The notes under the pieces were generated by a model. That model was not told the origin of the DNA. It saw only the letters and a program-made list of their open reading frames with translations, and did not search any database. DNA of 45,941 nucleotides from assembly GCA_039799905.1 (NCBI GenBank), contig JBDLRP010000052.1:1-45941 (forward strand). The letters run 5' to 3'. This DNA comes from Pseudomonadota bacterium (GTDB lineage: Bacteria; Bdellovibrionota_B; Oligoflexia; Silvanigrellales; Silvanigrellaceae). Shown in pieces: positions 28,438-37,936 of this stretch. Position numbers and translations under genes: made by a program. Each line of letters starts with the position of its first letter. Positions within the stretch are counted from its first letter, which is position 1.

Positions 28438-29426
28438 TATGGTTTTTCCCGCTGGCCTGACCAGATGTAAGCCGGCTCGTTGTTGTCCAAAGTGTAAAAT
28501 TCGTAGCGCTGTTCATCCGAGGTAAACCGCCCGAGCACAAAGCCGTGCGCGCTTGCACTGAACAATGTCTTCTCAGGGATCTTTTCAATTTCATAGAGCG
28601 ATGCCCCGCCGCCGCCGGATACAATTTGTTCAATTTTACAGTTGGCCGCAGGATGGCGACCGTGCAAATGCTGCAAACCGTGATCGTGTCCGCTGATGTA
28701 AACACTTGCACCACTTTTACAGTAGAGTTCGGGAAGTGTGAGGTAGCCCAATCCTTTCAACGAACGGTATTTGCCTCCCGATAAAATCGGGTGATGGCCG
28801 ATGAGAATTTTCCAGCGGGCGCCTGAGTCACGCAATTTTTGCATAAGCCAGTCGATACTGCACAGCGAGGCTATGCCACAGCGGTCGGGAATTGAGGTGT
28901 CGGCTGCGCCGATTTCGACTATCTGAGAAAATTTGAGCGAGTAAAAACGCGCCGGCATCGTCCAACGACCGCCGCGATGTCGCGTATAGACAATCTGCGC
29001 ATCAGGAACACTGCGGTAGTCATGGTTGCCGAGCACTGCATAGAAACTCTGCTTTTTGAGACACTCACCCGAATACATCTGCTCGAATCTGGATTCCCAG
29101 AGAGGGTCGGACACCGACTCAACACCGATGTTGTAAAAATTGTCGCCAAGAAAAACGATGCCGGCCGGATTGGTCGCCTGACAAATCTCTTCAAGAAACT
29201 TTGCAACGTTTTGCTGATTTGCATCTCCGGTGCCAGTGTCACCGACAAAAATCAGCCTGACTTCCTGCTCATCGTTCGTACGGCCCATAATTTCATGTGA
29301 AATCACCGTGTGTGGAATCGTACTCCACACCTGCCATGCGGCCGTCACGAGAGCGACTGCGAAGACAATCCACCAGAAACGCGCATTCAGTAGTTTTTTT
29401 ATCAGCCAGCGTTTTTTGACCATCAC
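28437..29426 (-). CDS. Membrane-anchored purple-acid-phosphatase (ACP5/TRAP)-like metallophosphoesterase
   Basis: GDTG, GDNFY, GNHDY, GHHP, GHDH, VSGGGG, with an N-terminal TM helix. Confidence 0.85.
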   Translation of the reverse strand: MMVKKRWLIKKLLNARFWWIVFAVALVTAAWQVWSTIPHTVISHEIMGRTNDEQEVRLIFVGDTGTGDANQQNVAKFLEEICQATNPAGIVFLGDNFYNIGVESVSDPLWESRFEQMYSGECLKKQSFYAVLGNHDYRSVPDAQIVYTRHRGGRWTMPARFYSLKFSQIVEIGAADTSIPDRCGIASLCSIDWLMQKLRDSGARWKILIGHHPILSGGKYRSLKGLGYLTLPELYCKSGASVYISGHDHGLQHLHGRHPAANCKIEQIVSGGGGASLYEIEKIPEKTLFSASAHGFVLGRFTSDEQRYEFYTLDNNEPAYIWSGQREKP

Positions 29427-29435
29427 TTCTCACAG

Positions 29436-29774
29436 TCAGAGCTGTGTCGCACCGCTCAGACGCAACAGGGACTCGAAAGAATCCGATTCATTCGCATCGT
29501 TTTCGAGGAACCGGTTCACTTTCTGCATACTACACTTTTGACAAGTGTAGTGAATCATCCAGCCCTTTTTGGGATGCGCCGAATATGAAACGGGCTTCAA
29601 CAGTCCGCCGCAGCCCGCCGCCCGATCACCCGGATTAACATCTACGTGCAGACTCCACAGACATTTCGGACAGTGATCACGACAAGTCGAACGCGCGGCT
29701 GGAACTGAATAGCCGCAATTTGCACAAGAAAAAGTCTCATTGATTTTTGTAAATTTCGGAAGGTCCTGAGTCAT
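29436..29774 (-). CDS. RNHCP domain protein
   Basis: NETFSCANCG, RDHCPKCLWSLHVD..PGDRAAGCGGLL, HYTCQKC. Confidence 0.88.
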   Translation of the reverse strand: MTQDLPKFTKINETFSCANCGYSVPAARSTCRDHCPKCLWSLHVDVNPGDRAAGCGGLLKPVSYSAHPKKGWMIHYTCQKCSMQKVNRFLENDANESDSFESLLRLSGATQL

Positions 29775-29780
29775 TTTAGC

Positions 29781-30401
29781 TCAGCCGCCACGCGGAGCAC
29801 CGGCACGCACCCGTCCAAATCCCTCGATGGCCTGCTGAGGAGTAATTGCTGGGTTTTTGTTGAGCCAATCAACGAACGCAAGAATTGTGTTGCGATCGAC
29901 CTCTCCGGCAACCCTGTGCCGGACAACGCCGTCAGGGCTGACAAAAAAAGTCTCGGGTGTCCCATAGACGCCATAATCGAGCGAAATCTTTCCATCCCGA
30001 TCAGCAACGACCGGATAACTGAGAGCAAAATCTCTCTGGTAACCGAGTATCGCTGCAACATCGTCTTGAATGTTGACGCTTACAAACCTGATCGCACTGT
30101 CCGGCTTTGACGCGTCCTCACGCCAAAAACGCTCCATTTCGGGTGCTTCAACCCGACAGACGACACACGTGGTGTTCCAGAAGTTGATTACGACCCACTG
30201 ACCCTTTCCGGCGATCGCCGATAAATCAATCGAGCTCCCCTGCGCGGTGCTGGCAACAAACGAGGGCGCTGTCCGGCCCACGAGTGGGCTGGGAACGTAG
30301 TTTGCATCACGGTTGAGGGCATAGATCATCAAACCGGTGAACAGCAGCAGACCCGCGAGGGCGACGTAAAGACCAACCTTTTTTTTCTGATGAGTGCTCA
30401 C
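29781..30401 (-). CDS. ccmG: Thiol:disulfide interchange protein CcmG/DsbE-like
   Basis: N-terminal TM, PSPLVG, NFWNTTCVVC, YGVYGTPETFF. Directly downstream of ccmE. Confidence 0.8.
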   Translation of the reverse strand: MSTHQKKKVGLYVALAGLLLFTGLMIYALNRDANYVPSPLVGRTAPSFVASTAQGSSIDLSAIAGKGQWVVINFWNTTCVVCRVEAPEMERFWREDASKPDSAIRFVSVNIQDDVAAILGYQRDFALSYPVVADRDGKISLDYGVYGTPETFFVSPDGVVRHRVAGEVDRNTILAFVDWLNKNPAITPQQAIEGFGRVRAGAPRGG

Positions 30402-30444
30402 CCGATTGTTTCTCCGCAGTTAGAAATGGCTGGGCAGGTCAAAC

Positions 30445-30921
30445 TTAGTATTTCTTTTCGTGTTTAAGAATATCATCGATCAACTTCGCTTCGCGCATTT
30501 TGGCGTGATCAGTTTTAGTGTCATAGACCTCACTGTGTTTGACCATCAGCAGATTAGCCTGCAGTGAGTTGTCCTTACGAAGATCGTTGTGCGCCAGGCG
30601 CCCTTCAACAACCACGCCCTGTCCCTCTTTGAAAAGGTCCGGCGGAACGCCTTTGTACGTCACTGCGAATTCGTGACCGTTCAAATCGCTCATCCTGAAC
30701 TTGAGCACTTTGTTCATGCCGTCCCAGTCTTTGGTTCCGTTGAGGACCAAACCCGACACGCGGAAGGTGCGGTCGACGAATTTTTGCGGCGAAGCATACA
30801 CTTCCGCCGGTGTGAAAAAGGTGACTGAACTTTCGGGTTGCATGGCCATGAAAACAATTGCACCAAGTGATGCAACGATAACTCCGGACGCAACGATTTG
30901 CTGACGTGAAAACTTCATCAT
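30445..30921 (-). CDS. ccmE: Heme chaperone CcmE
   Basis: FFTPAE, RVSGLV, YKGVPPDLFKEGQGVVVEG, heme motif KHSEVY (HxxxY). Confidence 0.93.
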   Translation of the reverse strand: MMKFSRQQIVASGVIVASLGAIVFMAMQPESSVTFFTPAEVYASPQKFVDRTFRVSGLVLNGTKDWDGMNKVLKFRMSDLNGHEFAVTYKGVPPDLFKEGQGVVVEGRLAHNDLRKDNSLQANLLMVKHSEVYDTKTDHAKMREAKLIDDILKHEKKY

Positions 30922-30946
30922 CGGAGACTCCTATACCTCCCGGAAC

Positions 30947-31114
30947 TTACCATGTCTTTTCGGCAGAAAAGCCCTCTTCTTTTAGAGCTTCCTGAGCCTT
31001 GCAATATTGTCTCCGGGTTGAAAGCGCAAATAAGAAAAGTGCAATGGCGACAACACCATACGCCCCGACAACGAAGAAAATCCATGAAATATTGCCATAT
31101 TCTGATGTATTCAT
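30947..31114 (-). CDS. ccmD: Heme exporter protein CcmD
   Basis: 55-aa ORF between ccmC and ccmE with FVVGAYGV TM segment and a charged tail. Confidence 0.75.
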   Translation of the reverse strand: MNTSEYGNISWIFFVVGAYGVVAIALFLFALSTRRQYCKAQEALKEEGFSAEKTW

Positions 31115-31115
31115 T

Positions 31116-31811
31116 TCAGCGTCCCTCCCGAGCTGCGTCCAGAGTCTCCTCTGCAGAAATTGCTGTGCGACGCAGCTTATAAAGTACAACCGTGAGCAGG
31201 ATCATTGCGATAACGTTGGCAAAAAGAACCGTGCCGACATCGGAAGATGCGGTGCTGCCCTTGCGAACAAAGGTTTGCGGTTGATGCAAAGACCGCCAGA
31301 TGTTGACGCTGTAATAAACAATAGGAACATTTGCAGCAGCCAGAATAGCGGTGACCTGGCCAGCATTGCGGCGTGCCTGAATGTCGGGCGTAAGGCTACG
31401 CAGGACATGATAAGCACAACAAACCAAAAACATGATGAGGGTCGAAGTCAGGCGCGGATCCCAATCCCACCACACTCCCCAAGTAGGACGACCCCAAATA
31501 CTTCCGGTGGCGAGAGCAAGCGCTGCAAAAACCGTACCCAAATCAATTGCCGCATGGGCACTGCGATCCATCGCCTCAAAGGAGGATTTCCGAATAAAAC
31601 CGAAAATTGCAAATCCAGCGGCAAGGATAATCCACATGAAGGCACACCACGCGACAGGAACATGAACAAACATAATTCTGAAGACGTCACCCTGGTCTTT
31701 ATCTGCGCCTATCCAAAACAGGCCCAGCCACCAGCCGACGAGCTGAACTGCGACTGCGGGAACCATCAGCTTGGACCAGCGTTTGTATGTTTGCGCCAAC
31801 TCACCCGACAT
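31116..31811 (-). CDS. ccmC: Heme exporter protein CcmC
   Basis: QGDVFRIMFVHVP, WWD motif GSIWGRPTWGVWWDWDPRLT, WRSLHQ. Confidence 0.95.
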   Translation of the reverse strand: MSGELAQTYKRWSKLMVPAVAVQLVGWWLGLFWIGADKDQGDVFRIMFVHVPVAWCAFMWIILAAGFAIFGFIRKSSFEAMDRSAHAAIDLGTVFAALALATGSIWGRPTWGVWWDWDPRLTSTLIMFLVCCAYHVLRSLTPDIQARRNAGQVTAILAAANVPIVYYSVNIWRSLHQPQTFVRKGSTASSDVGTVLFANVIAMILLTVVLYKLRRTAISAEETLDAAREGR

Positions 31812-31832
31812 CTAAAATTTCTCCGTCACAAG

Positions 31833-32540
31833 TTATTCCTGAAAAAGAATATCACTCAGCAGAACCCCAAGCGCCAAAAACAAAACGGGCACTCCTGCCA
31901 GAATCGTCCACCATGACGTTGATTGAGTTCCTGCCAGCATGACCACCGCGGGGTCTGTGTAAGTTGCCAAACTCACCGCGGCCAATAAGACACTCAACTG
32001 CAGTGGATAGAACAACAAAGGCATCAGCAGATCACGCCCCGAGCTGCGCGCCGTCACACAGGCCAACAGAGCGCCGATTGTTCCTGTTCCAAGGTTGAAC
32101 AGTATCAACAGCGGCAAACTCACCGGCAAAAATGCACCAACCGACACTGCGGGTACATTGTAAAAAACAATCCAAACAATCATCAAAGGCAATTGGACAG
32201 ACAGCAGATAAAGAACAACGAAAAGAATTTTTCCAAATAGCAGCGCCGAGCGTGAGATGCCCGAAGAAAGCACGAGCTCCAAAATCCCCGACTCCGACTC
32301 GAGTGTGAACAGCCGCGCGACGGTCAGCGCGACTATAAACTCGTTGATGGCCCAAAATGCGCCATGGCGGATTTCGGCCTTTTGGATGAGCTCCGTACCG
32401 AACGAAAAAGGAAATAGGATTGCAAGACAAGCAGCAAATGCAAGAGTTCCGGCCCATGACGATTTGCGGATAAAAATCGAACGGACGGAATACTCAAAAA
32501 TCAACCAACAACTTTTTCTCCAAGTCAGTTGTTCCGTCAT
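31833..32540 (-). CDS. ccmB: Heme exporter protein CcmB
   Basis: LFPFSFG, E.ESGILE, LFGK, LLMPLLFYPL, multi-TM. ATGA overlap with ccmA. Confidence 0.88.
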   Translation of the reverse strand: MTEQLTWRKSCWLIFEYSVRSIFIRKSSWAGTLAFAACLAILFPFSFGTELIQKAEIRHGAFWAINEFIVALTVARLFTLESESGILELVLSSGISRSALLFGKILFVVLYLLSVQLPLMIVWIVFYNVPAVSVGAFLPVSLPLLILFNLGTGTIGALLACVTARSSGRDLLMPLLFYPLQLSVLLAAVSLATYTDPAVVMLAGTQSTSWWTILAGVPVLFLALGVLLSDILFQE

Positions 32541-33175
32541 GGCGCCCACCGCCTCAGCTCGATCGACCGACCGCACCAGCCAATCAACTGAGGATCATGC
32601 GTTGCCAACAAAATAGCCGAACGGCATTCCCGGAGGAGCCCGCTCAGTGAATCAAGAAACAGTTTTACACCGTCGGTGTCGAGTCCGTTTGTCGGCTCAT
32701 CCAAAAAAAGGATCTTCGGCTTGCACATCAGCAGGAACGCAAGAGTGAGACGCCTTTTTTGACCGGTTGAAAGAGTCCGCGCGCTTTGCTTGAATCGACC
32801 TTCCAAGCCGACAGCCTTCAAGACCGACATTGCTTCTTCGATGTTCCAGACCGCACCATGGGCGCGAACATAAAATTCCAGATTTGCGGATACAGGATGA
32901 TCAAGAAAAAGTGCCGGCTGACTGGCAAGGTAACAAACCGAATTGCGCTCCGGCGTTCCCGCCGAAGCCGGCCAGACCGGTGCTCCTGCAACTTTCACGT
33001 TTCCTTTGTACGGCCGACTCACGCCGCAGAGCGTGCGCAAAAGGGTTGTTTTACCCAGCCCGTTTGCACCGATGACGGCCACCGCCTCGGCGTATTCCAT
33101 AGTGAAGGAGAAATCGCGGATCAGTGTCTTGTAGCCGGCGCGTATTTCTAAATTTTCAACTTGGACAACGGTCAC
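32537..33175 (-). CDS. ccmA: Heme ABC exporter ATP-binding protein CcmA
   Basis: GANGLGKTTLLR, LSTGQKRR, LDEPT, ATH. Located directly before ccmB. Confidence 0.9.
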   Translation of the reverse strand: MTVVQVENLEIRAGYKTLIRDFSFTMEYAEAVAVIGANGLGKTTLLRTLCGVSRPYKGNVKVAGAPVWPASAGTPERNSVCYLASQPALFLDHPVSANLEFYVRAHGAVWNIEEAMSVLKAVGLEGRFKQSARTLSTGQKRRLTLAFLLMCKPKILFLDEPTNGLDTDGVKLFLDSLSGLLRECRSAILLATHDPQLIGWCGRSIELRRWAP

Positions 33176-33858
33176 CTGTCTTCAGCCTCATTCTGCAGCT
33201 CATCGGCGTCCAGAATATGAAAAACAGACCCCTGAGTTTCAAGAATTCCGGCTTGCTTCAAATCTGCAATTGCACGGCTGACTGTTTCAGGGGTCACATC
33301 TGCGAGTTCAGCAATGTCTCTGCGATTAAGCGGCGGTTCAAAAGAGGTTTGACCTTCATCCGCAAACAAGCCAAACAGCTCATAAATAACTGAAGCTACT
33401 CTGTTTTTGGCCGGTTTATACAAGTCATTTTCGATACGTTTTTCAAGACGAGCCAGTTCGTTGCAAAATATTTTCATAAACTGCAGCGAAACAGCAGGGC
33501 TGCGCGAAATCATATCCATGACAGCCTGTGCATCAATTGAAAACACTTCGCTGTCCTTCAACGCAACACTGGTGCGAGAATATTTGAATTCTCCAAAGAC
33601 CTCGCGGATGCCGACAATATTTCCAGGCCGCACAACCCGCGTGATGACACTCTCACCTTCGGTACTCTCGCGGACAATCTTCAGGCATCCATTGGCGACG
33701 CCATAAATGGACCGCGGTGAATCACCCGAAATAAATAAATTTTGTCCTTTGCGCAGGCGGATGACAGACGAGCTGTCCTGTATACGCACCAACTCCTCTT
33801 CATGCAGCGCAGGAAAGAGACGTCTGAGAGTGAATGTTCCCTTTTGTTTCTTTTCCAT
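33172..33858 (-). CDS. Crp/Fnr-family transcriptional regulator
   Basis: cNMP-like beta-barrel (LRKGQNLF..GD, GCLKI), RVAS, HTH LNRRDIAELADVTPETVSR. No N-terminal Cys cluster. Confidence 0.92.
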   Translation of the reverse strand: MEKKQKGTFTLRRLFPALHEEELVRIQDSSSVIRLRKGQNLFISGDSPRSIYGVANGCLKIVRESTEGESVITRVVRPGNIVGIREVFGEFKYSRTSVALKDSEVFSIDAQAVMDMISRSPAVSLQFMKIFCNELARLEKRIENDLYKPAKNRVASVIYELFGLFADEGQTSFEPPLNRRDIAELADVTPETVSRAIADLKQAGILETQGSVFHILDADELQNEAEDR

Positions 33859-35369
33859 TACAACTCCGGAGGAAGCAGCCGACCCAGATCTTCATCTATG
33901 GTCTCGCGTGCATTTTCAATACCGACATTGGGGCGTTTGGCAGAACCATTAACCATTGCGCAAAACGCTACCCAATCACCATCCTTAAGACGACTGTACC
34001 CTGCCAATCCAATTGCGTCATGGGGTTCACTCAAAGTTCCCGTCTTTGCCCTGAGTCTGTCACGCAAATGCTTCGTTTGCTCTGATTGGAAGCGTTTTTT
34101 AACTGTTCCCTCCGCGCCCGGCATCGGCAGTGCATTCAGAAACGCCGGAAACTCGCGACTGTCCATGTACATCCTCTGCAAGACCGCAACGACGTCGCGG
34201 GCTGACAGTTTGTTTTCATGTGTCAATCCGCTTCCCGACTGCATGACAATCCCGTCGGGCTTTGAACGGTAGGGTGCAGGTGCATTCTGCAATGCAAACG
34301 ACATATAATTTTCAAGCTGAAGGGCACCGCCGGCCAATGTTGCTCCGAACTGTTTTTTATCGTCCAAATCAAGCTGGATGGTGAGCATGTCGCCGATGAA
34401 GTTGTTGCTGACCTTAAAAAGCCCAAGCAGCTGCCAGGCAAGCGGAAAACCCTCGACCTTTGCGAGCGGACGACCTAGCTCCCTGCGCGGAGTGCGCTCG
34501 ATACGAACACCGCGGGTCAGCTGGATTCCCTCTTTTTCGAGAAAAGCCTTGAGCACTGCTCCGGCATATTGGTCTGCATCAGAAACCGACCTGTACACCC
34601 TTGTCGGCGAGGCTTTTTGTCCGACATGACCGCTCGCAGTAAAGATGTCTTGCAGACCCGACCGTGTTCGTGTCACCGCTACGCGGGAAAATTCGCCGGC
34701 CTGCGTGCGCACCGCTCCTTGAATTTTGGTCGTGTCCAAATCGTAAGGCTCAAGAGCCACGTGCGCGCGTTCACCCAAACCTTCTCCTGGACTCACAACC
34801 ACACCCATGACACTGAAATTGACGGCCGCCGCAGACAATGGACTGTCGTAAGCGTGCCGGCTGCGCTTGCTGGCAAGCCTGCGGTCGATGTCAGGTTCTA
34901 TGTATCCAAAGCGTGCGGTGTTGACCACGAGCTGCCCTTCGACCTTGCGAATGCCGGCGCGTGCAACGTCGGTGGTCAAAAACCAGAGCTTTTCGTTGGT
35001 GAGCGAAGGATCACCAGCTCCCTCAAAAACCAGATCTCCCTTGAGAATCCCATTTTTTACGGGTCCTGTGGCATAGAATTTGGTCTCAATGGAATACTCG
35101 CTGCCAAATCGTTCCAGCGCAGCAGCGGCGAGAATCACTTTCGAAACTGACGCGGGAGTCACGCGCGTGTCTGGAGTCATTTCACCCAACACCTCACCAG
35201 TGCGCAAATTAACAGCAAAAGCTGTCGCTAATGCGCCGCTGGCAGCCAACGCCTGCATGCCGCCGAAGGCTTGCTTCGACTGCGCTTGCGCGCCCCTTTC
35301 ACCGGCAAGAATCAGCATCAGAATGGACAAAGCACAATTTCTGACTAAAGTCTGGCGGGGCGTCTGCAT
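33858..35369 (-). CDS. dacB: D-alanyl-D-alanine carboxypeptidase/endopeptidase (PBP4, peptidase S13)
   Basis: PASVSK (SxxK), GAGDPSL, SNN, GSGL, KTGTL and a signal peptide. Start ATG 35369 after AAGG. Confidence 0.9.
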   Translation of the reverse strand: MQTPRQTLVRNCALSILMLILAGERGAQAQSKQAFGGMQALAASGALATAFAVNLRTGEVLGEMTPDTRVTPASVSKVILAAAALERFGSEYSIETKFYATGPVKNGILKGDLVFEGAGDPSLTNEKLWFLTTDVARAGIRKVEGQLVVNTARFGYIEPDIDRRLASKRSRHAYDSPLSAAAVNFSVMGVVVSPGEGLGERAHVALEPYDLDTTKIQGAVRTQAGEFSRVAVTRTRSGLQDIFTASGHVGQKASPTRVYRSVSDADQYAGAVLKAFLEKEGIQLTRGVRIERTPRRELGRPLAKVEGFPLAWQLLGLFKVSNNFIGDMLTIQLDLDDKKQFGATLAGGALQLENYMSFALQNAPAPYRSKPDGIVMQSGSGLTHENKLSARDVVAVLQRMYMDSREFPAFLNALPMPGAEGTVKKRFQSEQTKHLRDRLRAKTGTLSEPHDAIGLAGYSRLKDGDWVAFCAMVNGSAKRPNVGIENARETIDEDLGRLLPPEL

Positions 35370-35422
35370 AGGATGCACCTTTCGTTTGTCCGATGAATAA
35401 ATTTGATAAGAAGGTACCGAAG

Positions 35423-36358
35423 ATGGCGACAAATCCCAAGGGACCGCTCAAAACTCCGCCTGCCGTTCCGCCGACGCACCAGTCACTTTTTGAAACGCTT
35501 CTAGAGCTCATCCGCGTCACGAGCACGAACTTACCGCCCGATGTGCGGGAGTCCGTAGTTGCCGGACTGCAAAAGGAAAAAGCAGGCAGCGCAGGCGAAT
35601 ATGCGATGAAGGTCATCCAGCGCAACATCGACATCGCCTGTGGCGTGAGTCAGCCGCTCTGTCAGGATACGGGCAGTATTCTTTTCTTTGTCAAAACTCC
35701 CGTCGGATTCGATCAGATCACATTTTCGGAAGTCGCAGAGGCCGCAGTTGCAAAGGCAACAGAGCTTGGTTACCTGCGGCAGAATTCCGTCGACAGCATC
35801 ACCGGCCAAAACTCGGGCAACAACCTTGGGCCAGGGACGCCGACGATTTATTTTGAACAACACCGTTCCGACGAACTCGATATCCGCCTTGCTCTCAAAG
35901 GAGGAGGCTGTGAAAACGTCGGTGCGCAATACAGCCTTCCCGACAGCCGTCTGGGTGCGGGCCGCGACCTCGAGGGCGTGCGTAAAGTGGTTCTCGACGC
36001 GGTTTATCAGGCACAGGGTAAGGGCTGCGGACCCGGCATTCTGGGCGTTGTCATCGGTGGTGACCGCAGCACGGGATACTCATATTCAAAGAAAATGTTC
36101 TTGCGGCCGATCAACGACGAAAATCCCGATGCACGCTTGGCTGAGCTCGAACAGCGCATCATGCAGGAGGCAAACTCGCTCGGTATCGGGCCGATGGGCT
36201 TTGGCGGCAATACGACTCTGCTGGGTGTGAAAATCGCCGCTCTCAATCGTCTTCCGGCGAGTTTCTATGTTTCTGTTTCCTACATGTGCTGGGCATTTCG
36301 CCGTCAGGGCGTCAAAGCTGATACCAGCGGCCTGATTAAGGAGTGGATCTACAAATGA
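35423..36358 (+). CDS. Class I (Fe-S) fumarate hydratase, alpha subunit
   Basis: PLCQDTG, LRQNSVD, KGGGCEN, GCGPG, GIGPMGFGG, CWA.RR. Confidence 0.88.
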   Translation: MATNPKGPLKTPPAVPPTHQSLFETLLELIRVTSTNLPPDVRESVVAGLQKEKAGSAGEYAMKVIQRNIDIACGVSQPLCQDTGSILFFVKTPVGFDQITFSEVAEAAVAKATELGYLRQNSVDSITGQNSGNNLGPGTPTIYFEQHRSDELDIRLALKGGGCENVGAQYSLPDSRLGAGRDLEGVRKVVLDAVYQAQGKGCGPGILGVVIGGDRSTGYSYSKKMFLRPINDENPDARLAELEQRIMQEANSLGIGPMGFGGNTTLLGVKIAALNRLPASFYVSVSYMCWAFRRQGVKADTSGLIKEWIYK

Positions 36359-36942
36359 AAGAAATCAAACTGACACTCCCCATCACTGAACAGCAAGTCC
36401 GCTCGCTGAACGTTGGCGACATGGTACTCATCAGCGGCGTGATGTTCACGGGCCGCGACGCTGTTCACAAACACCTTTTTGAGGGAAAAAATATTCCCGT
36501 CGACATCCGCGGATCGGCCATTTACCACTGCGGACCGGTCGTCGTGAAAACAGAATCCGGAGAGTGGAGCGTGCGCGCCGCCGGTCCGACAACCAGCACG
36601 CGTGAAGAGCCCTATCAGGCAACCGTCATCGAAAAATATGGAATCCGCGCTGTCATCGGCAAAGGCGGCATGGGCGCAAAAACACTCAAGGCTTGCAAAG
36701 ACTTTGGCTGCGTTTACCTGCACGCCGTCGGCGGAGCCGCTCAGGTGCTTGCCGAAACTGTCAAAAAAGTGCGCGGAGTCTCGATGCTCGAAGAATTCGG
36801 CTCGCCAGAAGCCATCTGGGAGCTTGAAGTTGTCGACTTTCCGGCTCTTGTCACGATCGACGCGCACGGCAACAGCTTGCACGCAGAGGTAGCCTCGGCG
36901 AGCGAGCAAAAACTCAATGAACTACTTGGACCAAAGAAATAA
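36355..36942 (+). CDS. Class I (Fe-S) fumarate hydratase, beta subunit
   Basis: TGRDAVH, YHCGP, AGPTTS.RE, IGKGGM, PEAIW, DAHGNSL. ATGA overlap with the alpha subunit. Confidence 0.88.
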   Translation: MKEIKLTLPITEQQVRSLNVGDMVLISGVMFTGRDAVHKHLFEGKNIPVDIRGSAIYHCGPVVVKTESGEWSVRAAGPTTSTREEPYQATVIEKYGIRAVIGKGGMGAKTLKACKDFGCVYLHAVGGAAQVLAETVKKVRGVSMLEEFGSPEAIWELEVVDFPALVTIDAHGNSLHAEVASASEQKLNELLGPKK

Positions 36943-36959
36943 AAGTAAGGACTCAGCGA

Positions 36960-37880
36960 ATGGAAAACGTCGTAATCATCGGTTCCGGACCTGCAGGTCT
37001 CACCGCGGGCATCTACTCATCGCGCGCTGCGCTCAATCCAATTCTGATTGCCGGTCTGCAGCCCGGTGGACAGCTCACTACAACGAGCATTGTTGAAAAC
37101 TGGCCAGGGACGCCCGAAGGCGTCGATGGCAATAAACTCATGCAGGACATGCGCGCTCAGGCGGAAAAATATGGGACCCGCATGATGCACGGCACGGTCA
37201 TGAAGATCGAAAAAATTGCCGGCGGCTTTCGCGTACTGACCGACTCGGAACCCATCGACACCAAGACAATCATTGTCGCGACCGGTGCCAGTGCCATTAC
37301 GCTGCCGCTACCCAACAAAGACAAGCTCATGGGCTACGGTCTGTCGACCTGTGCTGTTTGCGATGGCTTCTTTTACAGAAACAAAACCGTAGCCGTCGTG
37401 GGCGGTGGCGACAGTGCAATGGAAGAGGCTCACTATCTTGCCAAACTCGCTGCGAGCGTGACCCTAGTTCACCGCCGCGACAAATTTCGCGCCAGCAAGG
37501 CCATGCAGGACAAAGTCTTCAACAATCCCAAAATAAAGATCGTCTGGAACACAGAAGTTGTCGACACTCTTTCGGACTCTAGCGGTCTGACAGGGATTGT
37601 GATGAAAAACCAAAACGGCGAAACATCACAACTCAAGGTCGATGGTTTGTTCATGGCAATTGGGCACAACCCAAACACTGAATTCCTGCGCGGCCTCGTC
37701 GACCTTGACCCGCAGGGATACGTTTTGTGCAAACCTGCGAGCACAGCGACCAATGTCGCCGGAATTTTTGCAGCAGGCGATGTCGAAGACAACAAATTCC
37801 GACAGGCAATCACTTCAGCTGGCAGAGGATGCCAAGCAGCTTTGGAGGCTGAGCGATACATTGAAGGCCACGCTCACTGA
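36960..37880 (+). CDS. trxB: Thioredoxin reductase
   Basis: IIGSGPAG, GGQLTTT..VENWPG, CAVCDG, GGGDSAMEEA, HRR, AAGDV, RQAITSAG.GC. Confidence 0.96.
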   Translation: MENVVIIGSGPAGLTAGIYSSRAALNPILIAGLQPGGQLTTTSIVENWPGTPEGVDGNKLMQDMRAQAEKYGTRMMHGTVMKIEKIAGGFRVLTDSEPIDTKTIIVATGASAITLPLPNKDKLMGYGLSTCAVCDGFFYRNKTVAVVGGGDSAMEEAHYLAKLAASVTLVHRRDKFRASKAMQDKVFNNPKIKIVWNTEVVDTLSDSSGLTGIVMKNQNGETSQLKVDGLFMAIGHNPNTEFLRGLVDLDPQGYVLCKPASTATNVAGIFAAGDVEDNKFRQAITSAGRGCQAALEAERYIEGHAH

Positions 37881-37936
37881 ACGTGAGGTGGCCTCGCCCC
37901 TTCAGCCAAGACACAAACTCCTGTTTTGTACTTTTC

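Noticed and set aside
30999..31916. 305-aa plus-strand ORF
   Set aside because: Antisense shadow of ccmC/ccmD with no recognisable motif.
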